DNA of 64,000 bases from a virus. Its lineage: Duplodnaviria; Caudoviricetes. This document shows positions 19,323 through 28,147 of the stretch, one piece after another (position 1 is the stretch's first letter; each line of letters begins with the position of its first letter). Under the pieces are notes generated by a model that saw only the letters and a program-made list of their open reading frames with translations, was not told where the DNA came from and ran no database searches. A program made the position numbers and the translations under genes. The stretch is taken from the IMG/VR virus record IMGVR_UViG_3300013121_000039, positions 1-64,000 of that record; one strand, given 5' to 3'.

Positions 19323-19662
19323 CCTTGCCTTCGACCATCCTCTTGTACTTCTGGGCGCCGTACTGTTGTGCCGCGAGAGAGGCGAGACCGAGTGCCCCGG
19401 TGGCGGTGTTGAGGACTCGGTACTTGGTCTGCGGAGTCCACTTCGGGTAGCTCTTCTTGAAGGCGCGCCGCAGGCCCTCGTCGACCAGGAGGGCGGCGGA
19501 GTAGCCGGCAGCGCTCCCCGCCGCCGAAAGGGCGCCGGCCTTCAAGACCCTCTTCCACAGGGGCTTGGGCTTCTTCGGGAGCTGCGGCTCCTCGGCGATC
19601 TTCTCCAGCTCGTCGAAGAGGGCTGCCTGGGTCTCAGCGGAGAGCGCCACGAGGCTTCCCAT
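19315..19662 (-). CDS. FxDELxKIA-tagged small basic protein with two hydrophobic Gly/Ala segments
   Basis: AALFDELEKIA near the N-terminus. Start ATG 19662 or GTG 19650. Confidence 0.75.
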   Translation of the reverse strand: MGSLVALSAETQAALFDELEKIAEEPQLPKKPKPLWKRVLKAGALSAAGSAAGYSAALLVDEGLRRAFKKSYPKWTPQTKYRVLNTATGALGLASLAAQQYGAQKYKRMVEGKDE

Positions 19663-20551
19663 TCCAGAACGAGAGGATGTCCCTGTTGTCACCATCGGCC
19701 CCGACGTTCTGCGAGTTCGTGAAGTTCCTCTCCGCGGCGGGGGTGAGCTCCCTGGGATCCACCTTGACCTCGATGGCGAATTCGACCTCGCTTCTCGGAA
19801 TCTCGGCCAGGGTCAGCTCTTGGTGGACAGCGGCACGAAGTCGCTGTGTTTCTTGCACATTCACCACCCGCCATCTGCGGTTCTCGGACTCGACCAGTAT
19901 GTCTCGCTGAGTCACGGGTGGGAAGGAACTCATGCGCGCGGTCGTCATGGAGGGGAGGATCTCTCCCTCCGGGGACCCCACAGCGCTCTTGGGGTTCGGG
20001 TCGAACTGGACGTAGACCTCGACCGGCGAGAGGAAGCCGCCCAGCCAGCCTGTGCCGAAGCAAGGCAGGTGGCCAGAACGAGTCTGCCTCCCGAGCGTCA
20101 CATCGAAGCAAGAGCACCGGGGGCCGAATGACCTGGCCGGGAAGAGCCAGCTCTTGCGGCCGACGAACTCTCGGAAGAGGACGTCTTCTTGCCTCTGGAT
20201 CTCCAGAGCGATGAGGTCCGGCTCTGGGTTCTTGGTGGCAGTGGGGCCGAACTCCTTCGTGTCCCCCGTGCGCTTGTCGATGACGCGGAGCTTGTAGAAG
20301 AACTGGTGCCACTTGTTGACCTGCGGCACCGCCGAGTCGCGGAAGTGGTAGGTGTCGCGGAGGGCCGGGCTGATGACCTCGTAAGGCCCCAGCGCAGCCT
20401 CGCTCCGCAGCACCGTGAACTCGTAGTTGAAGATCTCGTGGTTCGAGAGATCCTGGTCTCGGCTTGGGCCCGCAACGGCAGCGATCTCCCAGAAGACTTC
20501 CTGGTGGGAGAGCGTGAAGCTGCGTGTCCAGAGCTTCGAGACGACGAGCAC
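19634..20551 (-). CDS. Putative head-closure/neck protein with Cys motif
   Basis: FN3-like N-half, then RCSC..PCFGTGWLGGF motif, followed by a beta-barrel-like DILVE..RWRV segment. Confidence 0.55.
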   Translation of the reverse strand: MLVVSKLWTRSFTLSHQEVFWEIAAVAGPSRDQDLSNHEIFNYEFTVLRSEAALGPYEVISPALRDTYHFRDSAVPQVNKWHQFFYKLRVIDKRTGDTKEFGPTATKNPEPDLIALEIQRQEDVLFREFVGRKSWLFPARSFGPRCSCFDVTLGRQTRSGHLPCFGTGWLGGFLSPVEVYVQFDPNPKSAVGSPEGEILPSMTTARMSSFPPVTQRDILVESENRRWRVVNVQETQRLRAAVHQELTLAEIPRSEVEFAIEVKVDPRELTPAAERNFTNSQNVGADGDNRDILSFWNGKPRGALR

Positions 20552-21363
20552 TAGGAGTCCCGCACCATCTGGTACGACTGGAGGTTGTTGGTCCCGGGCG
20601 TGTAGGTGGCCGTGATGGTGTAGGCCGCCACCGGGTTGATGCCGTTCTGCGCGTCGGACTTCGATCCGAAGATCCGCAGCCGGCCGGACGTGAGGTTGTT
20701 CTTCACGTCGAAGATCGTCTGGTCGAGGACGCTGTTCTCCTTCACGAGGCCGAGCATCCTGGTCATGTTCGACTTCAGCTCGTTCAGGCGGGCGGTGAAG
20801 TCAGCCGGGATGAGGTCCGTCTTGGCCTTGATGGCGTCCCGCGCCTCGTAGATCTTCCCGAAGAGGGAGTCCGTGCCAGAGACGTCGGCTGGAGTGCCGA
20901 TGTTGGTCGTGCCCCCAGCTTCCTGCGCCTCGATGATGGCGTTCAGCCGTCCGAACTCGGTGTCGACCGACGACAGGTCGGTCGGCTGGCCCTGGAGCGC
21001 TGCGATGCCGCTCAGCACCGGGTCCATGGCCGTCACGACACCCTCGATGTTCGTGGCTGTCGCCGCCACCTCCGAGATGGGAGCGTCGAGCATGGAGTCG
21101 GTCGGCCCCACCACCCCGGACTGGTAGCGGCGATCAGCCGGCACCACCAGCCCACCGTCGATCTGGAAGAAGTACTCGTGCCCCGACGTGTCGCCCTCTC
21201 CGCCGTAGGTGTACTCGAAGAAGTAGCTCCCCGTGCCGGGGATCTCGGTGATGGTGGGGTAGCTGCCCGGGTCGACCGGTGTCAGCGTGTCGAGGTCCAC
21301 GAACGCCGAGAACGTCGGCGTGAGTCCGACATACCCCTGTCCGAAGTTGACGATGTACCTCAT
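20551..21363 (-). CDS. Virion structural protein (contains one KAKTDLIP repeat)
   Basis: Shares AIKAKTDLIPAD with the 6649..8262 repeats. Confidence 0.65.
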   Translation of the reverse strand: MRYIVNFGQGYVGLTPTFSAFVDLDTLTPVDPGSYPTITEIPGTGSYFFEYTYGGEGDTSGHEYFFQIDGGLVVPADRRYQSGVVGPTDSMLDAPISEVAATATNIEGVVTAMDPVLSGIAALQGQPTDLSSVDTEFGRLNAIIEAQEAGGTTNIGTPADVSGTDSLFGKIYEARDAIKAKTDLIPADFTARLNELKSNMTRMLGLVKENSVLDQTIFDVKNNLTSGRLRIFGSKSDAQNGINPVAAYTITATYTPGTNNLQSYQMVRDS

Positions 21364-21375
21364 CTAGCGCTCCGG

Positions 21376-21951
21376 TTACCTGGGGTCGGTGATGGCCTTG
21401 ACCGCGTCGATGGTGGGGGCCGTACGGATCGAGTCCTTGAGCGTCACCCCACCGTCGAGGTGCGCCCGGTAGGTCCCGAGAGCCGCGAGGAAGAAGCTGT
21501 GGACCGAAGCCGCATCCGACAGCTCGATCACGTCCTGGTCGTCGATGGTGTTGTACCGCACCGGGTACGTGAAGGCTGGATCGTCGCGCACCTGGTCCAT
21601 GCCCATGATGTTGCGCTGGGCATTCTCGGAGAGGCTGAAGGTCTTCCCTCCGTAGACGAAGCCTTGCTGGATGAGCGCCCGCGTCCGCGTGTCGACCTGC
21701 GCCATCTTGAGGGCCCGGAGGGTCGGCAGGTGCCTGGAGTCGTCGATGTGTGCCGCCACCACCTGGCGCAGAACACCTTCGTCTCCCCCAGAGAGCGGGG
21801 CGGGGAACATGACGGTCACCGCTCGATGGGACATCGGCTCCACGACGACCCGAACCGGCCTGAGACCGGCCTGGTAGATCTCCAGCCTCAGGCGGTCCAG
21901 CGAGTAGGCCGAGTTCTGGAACTCGGAGACGGAGAAGAGGTACTTGGTCAC
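21376..21951 (-). CDS. Tail fibre assembly/chaperone protein (DUF4376-like)
   Basis: LKMAQVD..R..IQQGFVYGG..AQRNI..LKDSIRTAPTIDAVKAI. Directly downstream of a fibre gene. Confidence 0.7.
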   Translation of the reverse strand: MTKYLFSVSEFQNSAYSLDRLRLEIYQAGLRPVRVVVEPMSHRAVTVMFPAPLSGGDEGVLRQVVAAHIDDSRHLPTLRALKMAQVDTRTRALIQQGFVYGGKTFSLSENAQRNIMGMDQVRDDPAFTYPVRYNTIDDQDVIELSDAASVHSFFLAALGTYRAHLDGGVTLKDSIRTAPTIDAVKAITDPR

Positions 21952-23417
21952 TGGACGTGCACCCTCAGGACCGCACCACCGTCCTGGTAGATGTTGTCAC
22001 TGCCTGGGATGTCCCAGTCCCCTGACGTGGCCCCACTCGGCCCGATGGAGTAGTCGGAGACGTCGCTGACCATGGCGCAGTTGATGACGTCGGCGACCCC
22101 ATTCTTGATCCTGACGGCTGGCTGTCCGACCACGGAAGAGACGCAGTAGGTGGCGAACACCGAGCCTCCGCGGTCGACCTCCAGAACACTGCCCCCGAGA
22201 TCGACGGAGTCGAGGTAGACGAGGGCAGCCTCCACCTTCAAGGTGTACCCCCCACTCTCGAAGGTCCCTTCCCCGATCTTGGCTCCGGTGTGCCACGGGC
22301 CCCCAGAGAAGTCAGGGGGCAGGGCGAGATCGAAGAGGCGCATCTCCAGGTAGCCACCCACCCCATTCACCTCGCTGCCGAGGTAGAGGCCCTCATTGTC
22401 AGCGACGACTCCCTCCAGCCGAACCGAGCCGCCTGCGAGACGCAGCCATCCGCCCCCGGCCACCTCTCCAGCAGTCGAAGGGACCAGGGAGAGGTAGCGG
22501 ATGAAGGCGTTCCCGCCCCAGGCCTCGATTCGACCATCGGACGAGATGCGGATCATCCCGATGTAGTTGTCGTTGGAGTCGTTGAGCTGGAACACCTTGA
22601 CGGCGAGGCTCGTGCTGTTGTCGTCGACCTGAGACGTGACGCGGATGCCGGCGATGCCGATTGGGGTGAGCTGGTCCGCGACGACCAGCGGGCCTGGCTG
22701 GTCGTAGACGAAGGCGACCGCCAGCGGGTCTCGGCGCAGAACGGCAGAGGTGTCCACGATCTTGGCGACGACGTTGTCCCAGAACTCGGGCGCTGCGGGA
22801 TCAGGCAGCGAGGACGAGACCTGCTCCGCCAGATCGAGGTCCTCCGCCGAGTTGTTGCGGATGAGGGCGACGAAGGTGAACAGTTCGCCGGTCGGGACGT
22901 AGTTGGCCTGGACGACGAAGAACCTGCCGCGGTGCTCGTCAGTCGTCCAGGTCTTGCCTGTGAAGGTGAAGGTTCCGTGACCGAAGGCAGTCGGGGCGGC
23001 GGTGGGAAGCGCCGCCCCCCAGTCCGCGGTGAGGTCCACTACCGTCGTGGGCTGGGCCACGAAGTTGACCGCCCCTTCGTAGAAGAGCCCTGGGTAGAGC
23101 GCCCGCAGTGCGTCGGGGACGAGGGTGTAGGGGGTCTTGTTGGAGCGGTACTGCGGGATGACGACCTGCTGGACGATGTCCGTGTCGGTGAGGTCGATGT
23201 AGAAGGTCCCGTTGATGAAGTCCTTCGGGATCTTGGTGATGGCGCCCTTCCATGTCTGGAAGGGGAAGGCGAGCGAGCCGTCCCCACTGGCGTCGCTCCC
23301 CGTCGAGCGGACGTAGTAGATGATGGTCTGACCCTGGAGATCGACGAAGTTCTGGAGATCGAGGCTACCGATCCCCGCCCCGCCACCTCCACCGCTTGTT
23401 GGGAAGAACTTGGCCAC
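21948..23417 (-). CDS. Tail fibre/tailspike with pectin-lyase-like beta-helix
   Basis: IYYVRSTGSDASGDGSLAFPFQTWKGAI motif and a beta-rich C-terminus. Confidence 0.65.
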   Translation of the reverse strand: MAKFFPTSGGGGGAGIGSLDLQNFVDLQGQTIIYYVRSTGSDASGDGSLAFPFQTWKGAITKIPKDFINGTFYIDLTDTDIVQQVVIPQYRSNKTPYTLVPDALRALYPGLFYEGAVNFVAQPTTVVDLTADWGAALPTAAPTAFGHGTFTFTGKTWTTDEHRGRFFVVQANYVPTGELFTFVALIRNNSAEDLDLAEQVSSSLPDPAAPEFWDNVVAKIVDTSAVLRRDPLAVAFVYDQPGPLVVADQLTPIGIAGIRVTSQVDDNSTSLAVKVFQLNDSNDNYIGMIRISSDGRIEAWGGNAFIRYLSLVPSTAGEVAGGGWLRLAGGSVRLEGVVADNEGLYLGSEVNGVGGYLEMRLFDLALPPDFSGGPWHTGAKIGEGTFESGGYTLKVEAALVYLDSVDLGGSVLEVDRGGSVFATYCVSSVVGQPAVRIKNGVADVINCAMVSDVSDYSIGPSGATSGDWDIPGSDNIYQDGGAVLRVHVQ

Positions 23418-23426
23418 GCTCTCTCC

Positions 23427-24191
23427 CTATGCCTTCGGCGCGCCGTAGCGGCCGTGCATCGCGTCCTGGACCGGCTGAGTGCTGAGCGCGTGCCCGGCGA
23501 GCTCCTTCGAGGCCAGGCCGGCCAAGCCGCCCACCGCCGCGCCGCGAGTCGCGGCGCCCAGCATCGACCCCCGCTCCTGCTTCGGCTTCATGAAGTTGCG
23601 CCCGACGTTGAGGGCTGCGCCGGCCCCAGCGCCGATGAGGGCCCTGCGGCCGGTGCTGGAGCCCTTCACCGCCGTGAGCGCCCGGCCCACGGTCGGGCCC
23701 ACCTTGTTGATGAAGGGCGCAGCCTTGGCCGCCATGGACCCGAGGAAGGCCCCGAGGGCTGCCTGCTTGTCCATCTCCGCCCGGAGGAGGGCCACGCCGC
23801 TCGTCTTCCGCATCGACTGGACCTTCTCCACCACTGCCTTGCGCACCTTGGGGTGGCTGCCGGCGCCCAGGGCTGCCCCGGCCGCGGCGCCGGCGATGGT
23901 GCCTGGCAGCTTGGACTTCTTCTTGATGTTGCCGTCCCAGTCGACGGTCTCCTCGTCCTTGGAGAGCTTGTTGCCGAGGACCCCGCCGACGACCGCTCCG
24001 CCGACGGTGCGCGTCCCGGGGCCGGAGCTCTTGGCGTACTCCCAGAGCTTCTTGCCCTGCCCGGCCGCCCACGTGGCCTTGGAGGCGGCCCCGGCAGCCC
24101 TCTCCGCGTCGCGGAAGAAGGAGGCGAGCTTCCTCTTGGAGGCAGCGTCGTCGGTCCGAAGAGCCAGGGCCAGCTTCATGTCGTGCGTCAT
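23427..24191 (-). CDS. Basic glycine-zipper protein (degenerate tag; putative head cargo)
   Basis: Start at ATG 24191 (GAGG RBS). KLASFFRDAERAA and RAEMDKQA motifs, multiple GxxxG segments. Confidence 0.75.
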   Translation of the reverse strand: MTHDMKLALALRTDDAASKRKLASFFRDAERAAGAASKATWAAGQGKKLWEYAKSSGPGTRTVGGAVVGGVLGNKLSKDEETVDWDGNIKKKSKLPGTIAGAAAGAALGAGSHPKVRKAVVEKVQSMRKTSGVALLRAEMDKQAALGAFLGSMAAKAAPFINKVGPTVGRALTAVKGSSTGRRALIGAGAGAALNVGRNFMKPKQERGSMLGAATRGAAVGGLAGLASKELAGHALSTQPVQDAMHGRYGAPKA

Positions 24192-24198
24192 GCAGACC

Positions 24199-24825
24199 TC
24201 AGTGCGTGAAGGTGTGGACCATCCGGCCGAGCTCGGCGCCGAGCGGGGCCCCTGTTCCTGCGAAGAGGACCGACCCCGCACCAGGGTGGTCCCCCACGGC
24301 CTTGGCGAGACCCTTGTACGCCTTGGCGTAGACGTTGCGGACCTTGTAGGAGAACCCAGGGTCCTTCCCCTTGGAGGACAGGACCCGCCTCTCGGTCTTC
24401 AGCTCGTCGTCGAGATCGTCGGCCCGCCGCTCCATGTAGGAGGTGCCCTTCTTGCCCCGGCGGCCCGCCAGGTAGCCCCCGAGCCCAGCTGCCGCGGCGC
24501 CCGCCAGGCCGCCGATGATCTCCGGCTTGAACTCGCCGGCGAGGGTCTTGAGCTGCCCCACATCCATTCCCGCGTGCTTGCGGAGAGCTTCGCCGGCCAG
24601 GGACGTACCACCCGCGACGAGGGCTCCTCTGTAGCCGACGTCGATGAGGCTCTGCCTGCGGCGGTGCTTCTTCGAGCTGTGAGCCAGCCCCACGGCGATG
24701 CCAGCCCCCAGGGCGGCCGCCAGGAGGTGGGGGTGAGAGCTGGCGAAGTTCGCCGCCTTCACCTTCCCGGTGAGCGTGGGCGCCCTCTCGGAGCGCAGGA
24801 TCTCAAAAAGACCAAGCGAGTCCAT
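24199..24825 (-). CDS. Basic glycine-zipper protein (putative head cargo)
   Basis: VKAA, then LLAAALGAGIAVG and IIGGLAGAAAAGLGG segments flanked by K/R clusters. Confidence 0.7.
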   Translation of the reverse strand: MDSLGLFEILRSERAPTLTGKVKAANFASSHPHLLAAALGAGIAVGLAHSSKKHRRRQSLIDVGYRGALVAGGTSLAGEALRKHAGMDVGQLKTLAGEFKPEIIGGLAGAAAAGLGGYLAGRRGKKGTSYMERRADDLDDELKTERRVLSSKGKDPGFSYKVRNVYAKAYKGLAKAVGDHPGAGSVLFAGTGAPLGAELGRMVHTFTH

Positions 24826-24832
24826 GTCCTAG

Positions 24833-24861
24833 AGCCTACGGCAGTGGTCCGCGGGTGGGAA
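24833..24861 (-). promoter_or_regulatory. Putative sigma70-like late promoter TTCCCA-N17-TAGGCT (possibly leaderless mRNA)
   Basis: Intergenic. The ATG at 24825 is the 8th nt after the -10 box. Confidence 0.55.
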
Positions 24862-24864
24862 CGT

Positions 24865-25341
24865 CTACCTCTTCCTGAGCTTGGCGATGAGGCGCTTCAC
24901 GCCGGACTTGGCGCTGTCGTAGAAGTTCTTGGGGATGCCCTTCGCGGAGTCGGCGATGTAGTCGCCGAGCCAGGTCCGCCCCTGGGCCGCACGGGCCCGC
25001 GCCTTCTCGTTCAGGTGGCCCAGGCCGTAGCCGATCCCGGCAGAGGTCGCCCCGCCCAGCACGGTGTCGATGGCCGCGCCCGTCCGGCGCTTCTTCGCCA
25101 TCGCCTTGCGCTTCTTCTCGTCGGGCTCCGCCCGCATGTCCTTCGCCTGTTCCAGATGGTCACGGCTGACGTGCTTGATCCCCTTGTAGGCGGCCGTGCC
25201 GAGACCGAGCGCGAGAGCCCCTCGCCGGCCAGTCCGGATCGGGTTCCACTTCGGGTCCGGAGCGGCATCCGCCGTCTTGGTGATCTCGCCGGAGATCTTC
25301 TCCAGCTCATCGAAGAAGCTCGTGGTCGGAAGAGTGGCCAT
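24865..25341 (-). CDS. FxDELxKIA-tagged basic glycine-zipper protein
   Basis: TSFFDELEKIS..TKTA, two Gly-rich hydrophobic segments. Confidence 0.8.
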   Translation of the reverse strand: MATLPTTSFFDELEKISGEITKTADAAPDPKWNPIRTGRRGALALGLGTAAYKGIKHVSRDHLEQAKDMRAEPDEKKRKAMAKKRRTGAAIDTVLGGATSAGIGYGLGHLNEKARARAAQGRTWLGDYIADSAKGIPKNFYDSAKSGVKRLIAKLRKR

Positions 25342-25539
25342 CTAGAACCCCGTCTTCGGCATGGCCCCAGGGCCAGCGGTCATGGTGGACATCGGCTTGG
25401 GGGCAGGCGTGATACGTGGCGTCTTGGGCACCCCCATCCCAGCACCCTTGGAGTTGACGGTCGGAGCCCCGGCCGGCGCCAGGCCAGTCGAGATCTTCTC
25501 CAGTTCGTCGAAGAAGCTCTTGAGCACGTCTGCGGTCAT
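25342..25539 (-). CDS. Minimal FxDELxKIA-tagged peptide (65 aa)
   Basis: GAGGTG RBS before ATG 25539. KSFFDELEKIS followed by a P/G/T-rich tail. Confidence 0.75.
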   Translation of the reverse strand: MTADVLKSFFDELEKISTGLAPAGAPTVNSKGAGMGVPKTPRITPAPKPMSTMTAGPGAMPKTGF

Positions 25540-25546
25540 GTTCACC

Positions 25547-26680
25547 TCAGGCCGACAGACGGCCCTTGAGCCCGCCCCACAGCGAAGCGAGACGCTTGCC
25601 GATGCCCGGAGTCATGGGCGGAAGTGGTTGTCCGGTCCGCGCCTCCAGTCCTCGCTTGGCCTTGATCACGGCCTCCCGCACCCCGGGCATGAGCGAGGCC
25701 TGGCCTCCCAGCGACATCCCGATCCGTCCGGCCCGTGTCGGGTCGGCCTGCGCCTCAGCCCTCATCGCGGCCCCGAGCCTGCGGGTGTCGAAGGCGGCCG
25801 GGGAGATTACGAGGTCGGCGGCGTGCTGCGCCGGCCGACTCAGGTTCCCGTGCTGGAGACCCTGCTTGAACTGCTCCTTCATGAAGGTCTGGCCCTGCTT
25901 GCTCCGCCCCACGAAGTTGCGGATCCCGTTCACCCCCATGTGGACGGCGGTGTGGGGCTCGGCGGCGATGGCCGCGGCCCCGATGCCGGCGCTGACAGCC
26001 CTCTGGCCCAGGGTCGGTGCGGCGCCGGCGGCGACGGTGGGGATCTTGTCCATGAACCCCTGCTTGTTGCCCAGGATCCGGTTCACGGCAGGCACCACCG
26101 ACTCCCCCATCGGCGCATGCCGCACGTGCTCGGACATGGCCACGTTCTTCCGCAGCTTCTTGAGCTGGCGGTACCTCTTCCCCTTGCCCATGGGGGCGAG
26201 CTGCTTGCCGAGCTCCGTTCCGAGGTCGTAGTTGACGAGAGACTCCGGGCCGACGCCGTAGGTGGCGACGTTGCGGGCGATGGGGTTGATCTTCTTCCCC
26301 TCCAGGCCGTGCCTGTAGCCCGTGGCGACCTGCCCAGCCTCGAAGCCACGACCACGGTCGGTGTTCCGGACGAACCCCTTGTAGAGCGCGTTCGACCCCA
26401 TGTGCAACCCGGCCCCCAAGGCCAGGGAGCCGAGGATGGCGGTCTTCTCGATCTCCCGAGTCTCGTCGAGAAGGCCTCGCACCATGGCCGACTTCTCCAT
26501 CTTGCGGAGCTTCTCGTAGTAGGCCGGGTCCTCGCTGAGGTGGTCCCTCGCGATCTCCTTGGCGAGCGTCTTGTTGGACGTGTGCTCCCGCTCCACCCTC
26601 GCTCCCCGCTCGACCTTCTTTGCAGGGAACGCGGAGGGCGGGATCTTGTCAGCCTTGCCGCCTGGCAGGAGGTCGCTCAT
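25547..26680 (-). CDS. DUF5661-like domain plus degenerate tag, basic protein
   Basis: GARVEREHTSNKTLAKEIARDHLSEDPAYYEKL matches the DUF5661 pattern, then GLLDETREIEKTA. Confidence 0.75.
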   Translation of the reverse strand: MSDLLPGGKADKIPPSAFPAKKVERGARVEREHTSNKTLAKEIARDHLSEDPAYYEKLRKMEKSAMVRGLLDETREIEKTAILGSLALGAGLHMGSNALYKGFVRNTDRGRGFEAGQVATGYRHGLEGKKINPIARNVATYGVGPESLVNYDLGTELGKQLAPMGKGKRYRQLKKLRKNVAMSEHVRHAPMGESVVPAVNRILGNKQGFMDKIPTVAAGAAPTLGQRAVSAGIGAAAIAAEPHTAVHMGVNGIRNFVGRSKQGQTFMKEQFKQGLQHGNLSRPAQHAADLVISPAAFDTRRLGAAMRAEAQADPTRAGRIGMSLGGQASLMPGVREAVIKAKRGLEARTGQPLPPMTPGIGKRLASLWGGLKGRLSA

Positions 26681-26683
26681 GGA

Positions 26684-26824
26684 CTAGGTCCACCAGAAGA
26701 GGATCCAGCCTCCGCTGGCCGCGTCGGCGTCGATCTTGAGGATGTTGTTCTGCGCGATGGCGTTGTCGTTCACGAACTTGCAGAGCAGCGTGCCGGTCTG
26801 GAAGTTCTTGCAGTTGAGTGTCAT
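26684..26824 (-). CDS. Small hypothetical protein (46 aa; not in ORF track)
   Basis: MTLNCKNFQTGTLLCKFVNDNAIAQNNILKIDADAASGGWILFWWT. Fills the operon gap exactly, with strong codon bias. Confidence 0.65.
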   Translation of the reverse strand: MTLNCKNFQTGTLLCKFVNDNAIAQNNILKIDADAASGGWILFWWT

Positions 26825-26825
26825 C

Positions 26826-27356
26826 TCACCACTCCCCGTAGAAGTTGTTCACGAAGCGGTACTCCGAGTTGATGCCTCCGCCCCAGCCGTTCTCGATGTT
26901 GTACGCGGTCTTCAGCCGCAGCTTCTTGGCGTCGTACTCGCTCCGCAGCAGGTTGATCCAGGCCTGGAGGTATGGCGTCTTGTCGTTGATGCCGACTTGG
27001 ATGCCGCCATCCGAGAACTGGAGGTGGTTGCGGGTCTGGAGCAGGCCGATCGAGGTGAGCAGCGAGATGACCGTGCCCCGGATGAGGAGGTGCCGCGAGG
27101 GGAAGTCGGCGAGCCCGAAGCGGGTGAAGGGCGGGTCGGTGTTGAACTCGTCGAGGGCGTCGAAGACGGCCCACATGATCTGCCGGTTCGAGCTCTCCTC
27201 GCCGGCGATGAGGCGGTTCAGCTCCGAGTGGTCGCGCATGAACATGCGGACCATGTTCACGAAGCGGTTCAGCTCCTGCTCCGCCCGAGGCAGGTCAGCC
27301 GCCTCCGACGAGGTGAAGCCGGGGCTGGGGATCATGCCTTGGTCCTGCACCGCCAT
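26826..27356 (-). CDS. Putative head-tail adaptor/neck protein
   Basis: VRMFMRD..ALDEFN..LQFSDGGIQV helical-bundle plus beta-hairpin pattern, downstream of the MCP. Confidence 0.55.
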   Translation of the reverse strand: MAVQDQGMIPSPGFTSSEAADLPRAEQELNRFVNMVRMFMRDHSELNRLIAGEESSNRQIMWAVFDALDEFNTDPPFTRFGLADFPSRHLLIRGTVISLLTSIGLLQTRNHLQFSDGGIQVGINDKTPYLQAWINLLRSEYDAKKLRLKTAYNIENGWGGGINSEYRFVNNFYGEW

Positions 27357-27359
27357 GGG

Positions 27360-27701
27360 CTACCCCCTGAACCGCTTCTTGGTGGGAGAACGACGCTCTT
27401 CGGCCGGCTCCCAGTCATCGGACTGCTGCTCCGTCATCTCGGCGACCAGGGACGGGATGTCCTCCTTCACCTCTTCCACCCGCGGGACGGGCCTCGGCAG
27501 CGTCTCCCAGTGGGCCGCTTCCCGCTCCATGCGCCACCAGAGCGGCAGCGCGCCGAAGGAGAGCACCTTCTGCTCCTCCAGCTTCCGGTCCCGAAGAGGC
27601 AGGAAGTTGGAGATCTCCGGGTAGTCGAGGCTTCCCCCGTCCGGCGGAATGGTTCTGCCGTGGAAGTCGATGGGGTTCTTGGTGAGGTTGAAGACGCGCA
27701 T
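27360..27701 (-). CDS. Hypothetical protein
   Basis: Coupled ORF in the head operon. Confidence 0.65.
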   Translation of the reverse strand: MRVFNLTKNPIDFHGRTIPPDGGSLDYPEISNFLPLRDRKLEEQKVLSFGALPLWWRMEREAAHWETLPRPVPRVEEVKEDIPSLVAEMTEQQSDDWEPAEERRSPTKKRFRG

Positions 27702-28144
27702 CAGGCCTCCGGCTCCGAGTCCTCGGGCGTGGGATCGGGCTCCTCATCTTGCCCCGCCTCCCCACCGTCCGTCGAGGAGGGAGGCTCGTCGGCCTCCAGC
27801 TCCTCATCCTCGGCCTCCTGGCTTGCAGGGCCAGAAGGTTGCTGCGCTGCGTCCCCGGAAACACCCTCGACGGACGGCTTCTGCATCCTGGCCGACCGGT
27901 AGTCGAGGCGGACAGGCTGCTGGTCCGCGTCGACCACGTAGATCTCGACAGACCCCGACAGGAGCAGTCGGAGCAGCTGCGGCTTGAAACGGGAGAACTG
28001 CGCCTCGGTGAGGAGCCGCGGCTTCTCTCCCCTCCGCAGGACCTTCCCCAGCACGACCGGCTCTTCGGCGAACGTGCCGCTGGTCCTCTGGGTCTTCGAG
28101 AGGGGGCGGCCGGTCTTGTAGCCCAGGCGGACTTCGTAGTGCAT
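27701..28144 (-). CDS. Hypothetical protein with acidic C-terminal tail
   Basis: Coupled ORF in the head operon. Confidence 0.6.
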   Translation of the reverse strand: MHYEVRLGYKTGRPLSKTQRTSGTFAEEPVVLGKVLRRGEKPRLLTEAQFSRFKPQLLRLLLSGSVEIYVVDADQQPVRLDYRSARMQKPSVEGVSGDAAQQPSGPASQEAEDEELEADEPPSSTDGGEAGQDEEPDPTPEDSEPEA

Positions 28145-28147
28145 CGG

